Below are positions 42,286 to 49,055 of a stretch of DNA of 64,000 nucleotides, piece by piece. The notes under the pieces are model-generated. The model did no database searches and was not told the origin of the DNA. It saw only the letters and a program-made list of their open reading frames with translations. Origin of the DNA: a virus; IMG/VR virus record IMGVR_UViG_3300011113_000675, positions 32,001 through 96,000 of that record, one strand, 5' to 3'. A program made the translations under genes and the position numbers. Each line of letters begins with the position of its first letter. Positions within the stretch are counted from its first letter, which is position 1.

Positions 42286-42633
42286 ATGGATATAGCCAAA
42301 ATATTACTCGCCACCCTGTTTATGATTTTAGGTCAAATTGGGTCTTTTATGCAATTACAGGGTTCAATCAAATATGGTTGGTCAGAGAAATACCTTTGGT
42401 TACTTTTACTCTCAGGTATTCCAATTAGTTGGTTATATATCAAGTCAGTGAATCTATACGTACAAGGATTCGGTGGTCAAATTTGGCCAAGTAGATTGGT
42501 TGGATTTGCATTAGGTGTAGTTGTTTTCACAATATTATCTTCAATTCTTTTTCAAGAACATATGAACTTAAAAACTGTTACTTGTTTGATTCTCGCGTTC
42601 ACAATCGTTCTAATACAATTATTTTGGAAATGA
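42286..42633 (+). CDS. Small 4-TM membrane protein (DMT/SMR-like)
   Basis: Four hydrophobic segments; TATCTTTG 4 nt upstream of ATG. Confidence 0.6.
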   Translation: MDIAKILLATLFMILGQIGSFMQLQGSIKYGWSEKYLWLLLLSGIPISWLYIKSVNLYVQGFGGQIWPSRLVGFALGVVVFTILSSILFQEHMNLKTVTCLILAFTIVLIQLFWK

Positions 42634-43235
42634 AAGTTATATTCTTAGATAATGATGGAGTTATTTGCTTGAGCAGTAACTGGGGTTCCCGACACAAAAA
42701 ACAAGATAAGTGGGGTGGGAAAAAATTGTCTATGGATATAACATCAATTCCTGTTGAATGTCGTTTTGATAATTTCGATAAAAAAGCGGTAAAAGTTCTA
42801 AATCAAATATTAGAAACCACAGGAGCTGAGATCGTAGTTAGTTCTGATTGGAGATTACACGGTACCTTAGAAGAATTGGGAGAATACTATACATCTCAAG
42901 GTATCATCAAAAAACCAATCGGATTCACCGAAGTATTTCATTACAAAAATTGGTTGGAAGAAGGTCGTGTCCCATCTGATTTCGATTGGAATAGAACTGA
43001 TGGTCGAGAACAAGAAAGACACTTCGAGATTAAAGATTGGTTAAAATCACATCCCGAAGTCACACATTGGGTTGCTGTTGATGATTTACATATGGGTATT
43101 CATGTTAAGAATAGTTCCTACGGTCCGTTCGATAGAGATTGGGGGTTAGAACACTTCGTATGGACGCCTAGAATGTGGGAGGGTATCAAACAAAGTGGAA
43201 TTAAACAAAAAATAATAAAACATTTATCATGCTAG
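42630..43235 (+). CDS. HAD domain protein (Swiss-Army-Knife RNA-repair type)
   Basis: VIFLDNDGV, IVVSSDWR, WVAVDD. Confidence 0.75.
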   Translation: MKVIFLDNDGVICLSSNWGSRHKKQDKWGGKKLSMDITSIPVECRFDNFDKKAVKVLNQILETTGAEIVVSSDWRLHGTLEELGEYYTSQGIIKKPIGFTEVFHYKNWLEEGRVPSDFDWNRTDGREQERHFEIKDWLKSHPEVTHWVAVDDLHMGIHVKNSSYGPFDRDWGLEHFVWTPRMWEGIKQSGIKQKIIKHLSC

Positions 43236-43423
43236 TTAACGTTAAAAAAATATTGGAAGAAGAAGGTGAAGTTCGTAAATTCGGTGGAGTTGCTCCCGAA
43301 GGGTTTGTTTTAGTCCATGAAAAAACTCTTGAATCTCTGAAAGATTTCGAGACATGGAAAATGTGGAAACATAATCAAATTACTATAAAAGAATTAAATA
43401 AAACTAACTTTGATAATAGTTAA
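43229..43423 (+). CDS. Hypothetical protein
   Basis: Overlaps upstream stop. Confidence 0.45.
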   Translation: MLVNVKKILEEEGEVRKFGGVAPEGFVLVHEKTLESLKDFETWKMWKHNQITIKELNKTNFDNS

Positions 43424-43429
43424 TTATAT

Positions 43430-43762
43430 ATGATAGATTTTATTAAAATTTCACCTAAAAGACATTTATTAAAAACAATAAGCTACAGACTTGTGAGTAG
43501 TCTAATTGGGTTTTTGGTAATGTGGTTCCTATTTGGAATCTCAATCGCAATTACTTTCGCGTCATTCGAATTGATTTGGAAATGTATTCAGTACTATATT
43601 CATGAAAAAATATGGTACAGGTTCATAAAATTCGGTATTACAAAAGTTGAGGAACGTATCAAACCCGATTTCCGTATAATGGATACAGTTACTACTGAGG
43701 TCGCAGAAAATGTTACAACTACGGGGCCCAAAAGATTAGTTTATACAAAGAAGACCGAATAA
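43430..43762 (+). CDS. DUF2061-like membrane protein
   Basis: RHLLKTISYR, YYIHEKIW. Confidence 0.7.
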   Translation: MIDFIKISPKRHLLKTISYRLVSSLIGFLVMWFLFGISIAITFASFELIWKCIQYYIHEKIWYRFIKFGITKVEERIKPDFRIMDTVTTEVAENVTTTGPKRLVYTKKTE

Positions 43763-43797
43763 CTCGGTCTTTTTTTTTGTCTTGATATTTATTTAGT

Positions 43798-44532
43798 ATG
43801 AGTATTGAAAAAAATATTTTTAGAGTTTTAGAAGAGATAAAAAAATCTCGCGAACTTATTTCAGAAGTTATCACTTTAAGTGAGTCAAGTACCTTTTCAC
43901 CACCGCTTGATAAACTTCAGGTAACTTCTCCTTTCGGACCTAGATGGGGAAAGCATCACGATGGAGTTGATTTAGTTGCAGTAGACGAACCAATAAAATC
44001 TTTAGCAGATGGAACCGTAATTGCCACTTATGATGATAAATACCCTTGTGGGGGAACCATCGTCATCCAACACTCAGACGGATATACTACCGGTTTTTGT
44101 CATATGCAAAAAATAAATGTCAAAGTAGGACAACAAGTAAAAAAAGGTGATATAATTGGAATCAGTGGTGGTGGAGAAGGTGATCCAGGTAGGGGAAGGA
44201 GCGACGGAAAACACTTACACTTAACAATAAGAAAAAACGATAAGCCTTTAGACCCTATGAAGTTTATAGACAAAGAAGGTGTTTTGACTGGAAAAATTCC
44301 TTCAGGTTTTGTTGTTCCTGGCTCATTAGATTTTGACGGGACATCTGACTCAACGGACATTTCAAACTCTGAAGCTTCCTCAACCCAAAGTAGTACCTCA
44401 AGTTTTGGTTCAGATGACTTCGATTTTTTAACTAAAGAACTACCTGGAAAAATGGACGATTTCTATTTTTTGAAAGAAATCAAGAAACGAAAGATTACTG
44501 AAAATATCAAAAAAATTAAAAAAATGTTATAA
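43798..44532 (+). CDS. M23 peptidase (peptidoglycan endopeptidase)
   Basis: TSPFGPRW, HHDGVD, HM, HLH; TATTTAT upstream. Confidence 0.88.
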   Translation: MSIEKNIFRVLEEIKKSRELISEVITLSESSTFSPPLDKLQVTSPFGPRWGKHHDGVDLVAVDEPIKSLADGTVIATYDDKYPCGGTIVIQHSDGYTTGFCHMQKINVKVGQQVKKGDIIGISGGGEGDPGRGRSDGKHLHLTIRKNDKPLDPMKFIDKEGVLTGKIPSGFVVPGSLDFDGTSDSTDISNSEASSTQSSTSSFGSDDFDFLTKELPGKMDDFYFLKEIKKRKITENIKKIKKML

Positions 44533-44579
44533 AAAAACCCACCTAAGGTGGGTTTCTTTTTTTTTCAGTCAAGTCGAGA

Positions 44580-44798
44580 TTACTTTACTGCCTCGCCTTT
44601 AACGGCTCCACTTTCTACGCCTGCAGCACCACCACCGATAACCTCTGCACCTTCAACTGCTACTGAGTCAGCAACAACTGCTGTTGAGTCTACAACTACT
44701 GTTGCGGAATCAGTTGCTTCTGCTTCTACAGCTTTACCTCCGCAAGATGCAAGAACCATGGTAGATAGGATTGCGAATACTACTAAACTTTTTTTCAT
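44580..44798 (-). CDS. Small acidic lipoprotein
   Basis: Lipobox LASC; DSTAVVADS low-complexity tail. Confidence 0.7.
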   Translation of the reverse strand: MKKSLVVFAILSTMVLASCGGKAVEAEATDSATVVVDSTAVVADSVAVEGAEVIGGGAAGVESGAVKGEAVK

Positions 44799-44897
44799 TT
44801 TTTTTGTGTTTTTTGTTTTTTATTTAATTTACGAACTATAAATATACGAAAGTTTCTCGAGGTCGTCAAATTTTTTGTATTTTTTACAAAACATTTT

Positions 44898-45236
44898 TCA
44901 AGAAAGAATCTGTATAAAATAATATGACAGTTTATATCCTGTAAAAGCCCCTAATGTAGATGGTATCGGAAATACAATTAATTTCCCCAAATCTGTGACA
45001 TACTTTGGTCGGTTAACAATTTTACCCATGAAGAAATAATAAGTCAAATAACCTATTAAAACCGCCAAATCAGTTTTAGTTGCGATAAAAACAACTAAAG
45101 TTGCGGCAATAAATCCAAAGATAAAATTATCTCGAACTCCCTCCCATATTTCATAAGAACTTGCATCCTTATACTCTTTTACAATTTTGTTGAATTTGGC
45201 TTTGTTACCAACTCTTCTTTTCACTCGAATTTCCAT
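44898..45236 (-). CDS. Hypothetical membrane protein
   Basis: About three hydrophobic segments; ATG abuts the tRNA-Ile 3' end. Confidence 0.55.
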   Translation of the reverse strand: MEIRVKRRVGNKAKFNKIVKEYKDASSYEIWEGVRDNFIFGFIAATLVVFIATKTDLAVLIGYLTYYFFMGKIVNRPKYVTDLGKLIVFPIPSTLGAFTGYKLSYYFIQILS

Positions 45237-45237
45237 G

Positions 45238-45312
45238 TTGGGATAGGTGGACTCGAACCACCAACCTTTCGCGTATCAGACGAAAGCTCTAAACCAATTG
45301 AGCTATATCCCA
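45238..45312 (-). tRNA. tRNA-Ile(GAT)
   Basis: Cloverleaf; TTCGT-CTGATAC-GCGAA. Confidence 0.93.
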
Positions 45313-45318
45313 TTGTTG

Positions 45319-45477
45319 CTGTAAGGGAAGGAGTCGAACCTTCACGAGGAGATTCAATTGATAACACAACGCTTGCAAGCTGGTGGTCTACCCCATATTA
45401 TCAATCTATTTCTTTATCCCCGCCCTCGAGACAGGAGGGTGTGTATGCCAAGTTCTAGAACATTTCACCACCTTACA
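45319..45477 (-). tRNA. Aberrant 159-nt tRNA-Asp(GTC)-like RNA
   Basis: TGTAAGG/CCTTACA-G acceptor, CCCTC-CTGTCTC-GAGGG, GAAGG-TTCGACT-CCTTC; 79-nt variable region and enlarged D-loop. Confidence 0.7.
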
Positions 45478-45491
45478 ATATAAACTTGAAG

Positions 45492-45576
45492 CAGAGAGTA
45501 TTGGATTCGAACCAATGCATCCCTTTCGAGATGACAGATTAGCAATCTGCTCCTTTAACCACTCAGGCAACTCTCT
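45492..45576 (-). tRNA. tRNA-Ser(GCT)
   Basis: GCAGA-TTGCTAA-TCTGT, long variable arm, G73. Confidence 0.93.
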
Positions 45577-45580
45577 GTAG

Positions 45581-45651
45581 ATGTCTCATCAGGATTCGAA
45601 CCTGAAAAAACTGAACCAAAATCAGTTGTGTTACCGTTACACCATGAGACA
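45581..45651 (-). tRNA. tRNA-Gln(TTG)
   Basis: ACTGA-TTTTGGT-TCAGT. Confidence 0.92.
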
Positions 45652-45654
45652 AAG

Positions 45655-46056
45655 TTAATACAAACTTTCCTTTTTTACAACCCCCCAATCATATCCACAA
45701 TCTCTATCTAATCTGAAATAGTAATGACCACCAGTAGAATATGCCCTGAACTTTAACATCCAAAAGATTGTATTTTCTAATTCGGAGATTATAGATTCAT
45801 TACCACTCCAACCACAAGTATGGAGTTCAATCATACCATCTTCTTGATTGTATGCATCTGATCCATAGTACCATATTTGTTTGATGTAGTCTAACAGATC
45901 GGTATAATCAGTATTATCGAAAAACTTACCATATACTAACTCACCATCAATCTTTTCACTACCCCAATTTCGGATATACTTTAACGCTTCGTCAGTGGGA
46001 TATCCATCCTCATCTAATAGGTGAAACGGATACAGATAATCTAGTTTATTTTCCAT
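45655..46056 (-). CDS. Hypothetical protein
   Basis: ELHTCGWSGNE, GGHYYF motifs; lies between tRNAs. Confidence 0.6.
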   Translation of the reverse strand: MENKLDYLYPFHLLDEDGYPTDEALKYIRNWGSEKIDGELVYGKFFDNTDYTDLLDYIKQIWYYGSDAYNQEDGMIELHTCGWSGNESIISELENTIFWMLKFRAYSTGGHYYFRLDRDCGYDWGVVKKESLY

Positions 46057-46067
46057 AATTTAATTTT

Positions 46068-46152
46068 TGGTGGGAACGATAGGACTCGAACCTATGAACT
46101 CCTAAGAGAGGAGATTTACAGTCTCCGGCAATTGCCGCTATGCGACGTTCCC
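46068..46152 (-). tRNA. tRNA-Tyr(GTA)
   Basis: GGAGA-CTGTAAA-TCTCC, encoded CCA. Confidence 0.95.
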
Positions 46153-46282
46153 AAGGTTAGGAAAGGAGAAGATGGTTCCGTGGACAACTCCTTTTACGAT
46201 TGGCTTTACTACGATGATTCCAAACTCCAAATGTACCACCTCCATCATCAGGTTAACATACATTCCTTCCCCAATCAACCTT
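46153..46282 (-). ncRNA. Candidate structured non-coding RNA
   Basis: Closing helix AAGGTTG/TAACCTT, internal GATTGG/CCAATC and AAGGAG/CTCCTT; GC-richer than flanks. Confidence 0.45.
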
Positions 46283-46293
46283 TATATCTTATA

Positions 46294-46710
46294 CTACTTG
46301 TTTAACAACCAAGACGAAGATTGAATCTTATCACCAAGTCCATCAATCAACTTGATACCCCACCAATCACATACCTGTCTCTCAGGGATTGAATTATTGT
46401 TTTGGTCCCCACCATTGGCGAAAATAAGTTCGTTTGTTGGATCCTCTCCAGAATGAATCAAACCGAGTGTCTTACATACAGTTCTATCCGTATCAATGGA
46501 TAGAAATGCTTTGTCAACCATTTTTAGGTTTTCGATAATGAACATTCTTTCATCTTCGTCTTGGAACTCTTTACTACCTTTCAACTCTCTCTGTTTGTCG
46601 TTATTTACAATTACATAGAGTTTATCCCCATGTTCTTTGGCTTTATTGAAATATTCAATATGACCTTTATGAACAGGATTAAAATATCCGCTTACAATTA
46701 CAATTTTCAT
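46294..46710 (-). CDS. Cytidylyltransferase-like (TagD/RfaE family)
   Basis: SGYFNPVHKGH (HxGH), FANGGD, KIQSSS. Confidence 0.85.
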   Translation of the reverse strand: MKIVIVSGYFNPVHKGHIEYFNKAKEHGDKLYVIVNNDKQRELKGSKEFQDEDERMFIIENLKMVDKAFLSIDTDRTVCKTLGLIHSGEDPTNELIFANGGDQNNNSIPERQVCDWWGIKLIDGLGDKIQSSSWLLNK

Positions 46711-46895
46711 TTCGTTTCGTAGGTTAAAGTTTCTAATTCTAGTTCACTTTCATAGAAATATGGACATGCCCAAACAGGTTTATCACATTTGAGTTTAACC
46801 ATTCTTCCTTTGTTGTATCCAAGAGAAATGACTATTGCCCATCCTGAATACTTTGTTTTAACTCTGTCTCCAACTTTTAATTCGCTAAATGTCAT
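46707..46895 (-). CDS. Hypothetical SH3/KOW-like small protein
   Basis: LKVGDRVK motif; overlaps neighbours. Confidence 0.45.
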   Translation of the reverse strand: MTFSELKVGDRVKTKYSGWAIVISLGYNKGRMVKLKCDKPVWACPYFYESELELETLTYETK

Positions 46896-47193
46896 CTTCT
46901 ACAGTATCGAGTTCAAAGTTACTAAATTTTAATCCCCACATCAAAGAAATCATTGACATTTGTTGTTCAGCCATTTTAGCATACATACGAAGTTCTTTCA
47001 TAAGGTATTTTTTACCCCATTTTTTCCATTCTTCGTTTTGTTCCATAGTCATAGTCCAATCAGTATACCAACTATCCTTACGGTCCTTGACATCGTCAAA
47101 TGTTACGGGATGACCTGCGATCTCGAACATCTTGTTTATCATATCGACAACCATTTTTTGTTTTTTCTGTTCTTTAGATAATCTCGGTTTCAT
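46885..47193 (-). CDS. Hypothetical protein
   Basis: ORF packed between tRNA-Cys and the next gene. Confidence 0.6.
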   Translation of the reverse strand: MKPRLSKEQKKQKMVVDMINKMFEIAGHPVTFDDVKDRKDSWYTDWTMTMEQNEEWKKWGKKYLMKELRMYAKMAEQQMSMISLMWGLKFSNFELDTVEDDI

Positions 47194-47209
47194 AATTTTT
47201 ATTGTTTAG

Positions 47210-47283
47210 AGGTCAAGAAGGGATTCGAACCCTTGGATACTTGTTTTGCAGACAAGCCCCTTAAGCCACTTGGGTACTTGACC
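47210..47283 (-). tRNA. tRNA-Cys(GCA)
   Basis: CTTGT-CTGCAAA-ACAAG, U73. Confidence 0.93.
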
Positions 47284-47289
47284 GTTTTG

Positions 47290-47361
47290 TGTGACCGAAG
47301 AGAATCGAACTCTTACATGAAGTGCCACAAACTTCCGCCCTACCATTAGGCCACAGCCACC
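47290..47361 (-). tRNA. tRNA-His(GTG)
   Basis: GAAGT-TTGTGGC-ACTTC; encoded G-1, A73. Confidence 0.9.
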
Positions 47362-47376
47362 ATATAATCTTAATGT

Positions 47377-47444
47377 AAGTCAGGACGGGTTTCTAACCCG
47401 CTCTTCAGTTAATCACTGCGTGCTGCCATTTACACCACCTGACT
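47377..47444 (-). ncRNA. tRNA-like RNA with shortened anticodon arm
   Basis: AGTCAGG/CCTGACT acceptor, D-arm, CAGT-GATTA-ACTG arm, GCGGG-TTAGAAA-CCCGT. Confidence 0.6.
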
Positions 47445-47510
47445 AATTTTTAGATTTCTAAAACTCATCCCTAACGGGGTAAAGAAACTCCATCTTATTT
47501 GTTTTTTGCG

Positions 47511-47601
47511 TAGTCAGGACAGGATTCGAACCTGTAACTTTTGTCTTTTGGTTCCGAAAATCGGATTACTCACCAACACGTTACCCTTGCGTCACCTGAC
47601 T
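47511..47601 (-). ncRNA. tRNA-like RNA with expanded non-canonical anticodon arm
   Basis: Same AGTCAGG/CCTGACT acceptor, ACAGG-TTCGAAT-CCTGT, TTGGT/ACCAA enclosing a TCCGA/TCGGA hairpin. Confidence 0.65.
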
Positions 47602-47611
47602 ATAAAGTGAA

Positions 47612-47688
47612 TGGTACTCCGTACGGGACTCGAACCCGTAAGCTCTCCCGTGAAAGGGGAGTGTCCTAACCAATTAGACGAACGGAGC
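47612..47688 (-). tRNA. tRNA-Glu(TTC)
   Basis: CTCCC-CTTTCAC-GGGAG, encoded CCA. Confidence 0.95.
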
Positions 47689-47700
47689 TTGTTTGTCTTA

Positions 47701-47708
47701 CAAAGATA
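47701..47708 (-). promoter_or_regulatory. Proximal Bacteroidota-type -7 element (TATCTTTG) before tRNA-Glu
   Basis: TAnnTTTG match 12 nt upstream of the tRNA. Confidence 0.6.
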
Positions 47709-47716
47709 CTACAATA

Positions 47717-47728
47717 TTTCAAAGAACA
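47717..47728 (-). promoter_or_regulatory. boxA-like antitermination element TGTTCTTTGAAA
   Basis: Matches the rrn boxA pattern GYTCTTT; lies just after the terminator. Confidence 0.5.
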
Positions 47729-47739
47729 AAAGAAGTCAT

Positions 47740-47776
47740 AAAAAAACCCCGAACTTTTTTTAAGAGTTCGGGGTTT
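47740..47776 (-). terminator. Intrinsic terminator (attenuator 3:4 hairpin)
   Basis: AAACCCCGAACT/AGTTCGGGGTTT stem with U7 tract. Confidence 0.88.
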
Positions 47777-47813
47777 GAAAAATTAGTTTTTACAAGTAAA
47801 AAAAATTTCTATC

Positions 47814-47903
47814 TTATGACATCCGAACTACAGGGCAAATAGGTTCATAACAACAATTTTCTTGTTGATTATTACTGATAATATTATGACTTGTAGTTCT
47901 CAT
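47814..47903 (-). CDS. Putative attenuator leader peptide MRTTSHNIISNNQQENCCYEPICPVVRMS (29 aa)
   Basis: ATG..TAA between its own promoter and a terminator; codons match downstream tRNAs; overlaps alternative hairpins. Confidence 0.75.
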   Translation of the reverse strand: MRTTSHNIISNNQQENCCYEPICPVVRMS

Positions 47904-47919
47904 TGTTCTATAATTACTT

Positions 47920-47950
47920 CAAATGTATGAAATGTTTTAATTTTGTCAAA
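47920..47950 (-). promoter_or_regulatory. Bacteroidota sigma-A promoter for the leader: TTTG-N19-TACATTTG
   Basis: Both -33 and -7 elements at canonical spacing. Confidence 0.8.
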
Positions 47951-47997
47951 TGTTTTTTATGGATAGAACTTTTAATTCTATGCATATATTTATTATT

Positions 47998-48369
47998 ATG
48001 GAAAAAAAAGTTTGTTCAACCTGCAATGAAGAAAAACCATTGACTGATTTTTATTTGCGCAATTCAAGAAATAATAAACCTTATGATAGATGTAAAAAAT
48101 GTTTTAACCGTTATTGTGGTGACCGATGGATCACTAAAAAGATTAACGCAATAATTTACAAAGGTTCTAAATGCCTTGATTGCTTTTTATCCTATCCTAA
48201 TGAACCATATGTAATTTTTGATTTTCATCATCGTGAGCCAAACGAAAAAGATTTCGATTGGGGTAAATTAAGATTGAAATCTGATAATACCATAAAGTCC
48301 GAATTAGATAAATGTGATTTACTATGTTCAAATTGTCATAGAAAACGACATCATTTATCTGATTTGTAG
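47998..48369 (+). CDS. HNH homing endonuclease with zinc-finger N-terminus
   Basis: CSTC...CKKC, DFHHREP, CDLLCSNCHRKRH; TATTTAT 4 nt upstream of ATG. Confidence 0.8.
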   Translation: MEKKVCSTCNEEKPLTDFYLRNSRNNKPYDRCKKCFNRYCGDRWITKKINAIIYKGSKCLDCFLSYPNEPYVIFDFHHREPNEKDFDWGKLRLKSDNTIKSELDKCDLLCSNCHRKRHHLSDL

Positions 48370-48438
48370 CCCCACCAAGATTCGAACTTGGAAATCTTCT
48401 TTAGAAGAGAAGCGGTATATCCCTTTACCTATGGAGCC
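48367..48438 (-). tRNA. tRNA-Arg(TCT)
   Basis: CTTCT-CTTCTAA-AGAAG. Confidence 0.9.
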
Positions 48439-48454
48439 TTAACCGATTATTGAA

Positions 48455-48619
48455 TTACTTCAATAAATCAATCTTTTTTGCGACTTCTTCGGCTTCCGCC
48501 ATAAGTTTGTCCGATTGGGTTCTGTTGGAATGAGAAGCCTTATAAGCTTCTTCCATCAACTTCTTATAAGTTTCTTGTAACCTTTCCTTTTCAGTTTTTT
48601 TCTTGAATATCCCGAACAT
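48455..48619 (-). CDS. 54-aa protein resembling the flavobacterial Lacal_2735 family (not in ORF track)
   Basis: MFGIFKKKTEKERLQETYKKLMEEAYKASHSNRTQSDKLMAEAEEV. Confidence 0.65.
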   Translation of the reverse strand: MFGIFKKKTEKERLQETYKKLMEEAYKASHSNRTQSDKLMAEAEEVAKKIDLLK

Positions 48620-48662
48620 AATTTAGAATTAACACTATCGTCTTTGAAAGTTTATTTAACGT

Positions 48663-48908
48663 TTATGCCTGACGGCTAGATAATTTTCTTTCAAGTTTAT
48701 CAAGACGTGAATCCATTGTTCGATAAATGTCATCGACAATTCTATCACGATCTCTCAGTTGATTTTCAATTTCTCTTGCAAGAAATTGGTGAATCTGTTG
48801 TATTTCTTCTTTTTGTTTATTCACCCTAACAAAAGCCATAACCGCAACCACCGCAACTGCAATGACCACAATTATAGACATTCCTAAAATAAATGATATT
48901 AAATCCAT
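48663..48908 (-). CDS. Single-pass membrane coiled-coil protein
   Basis: N-terminal TM helix, MDSRLDKLE; AAAGGAG 8 nt upstream. Confidence 0.65.
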   Translation of the reverse strand: MDLISFILGMSIIVVIAVAVVAVMAFVRVNKQKEEIQQIHQFLAREIENQLRDRDRIVDDIYRTMDSRLDKLERKLSSRQA

Positions 48909-48946
48909 ATGATTTTCTCCTTTATTTCAAAGAACGATAGTGTTTG

Positions 48947-49030
48947 TATCAGGAGAGGGAATCGAACCCTCACTCGCGTTGGCGAACAACATTTTAAGTG
49001 TTGCGTGTCTACCTATTCCACCACCCCGAC
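48947..49030 (-). tRNA. tRNA-Leu(TAA)
   Basis: CAACA-CTTAAAA-TGTTG, long variable arm; TACATTTG at 49040-49047. Confidence 0.93.
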
Positions 49031-49055
49031 ATTGTTTTACAAATGTAATCGATTT

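Noticed and set aside
45344-45422. Group I intron in tRNA-Asp
   Set aside because: Only 79 nt, located in the variable region rather than the anticodon loop, and no recognisable catalytic core.
45383-45580. Plus-strand ORF here, and similar ones at 48909 and 52942
   Set aside because: Antisense to tRNA genes.
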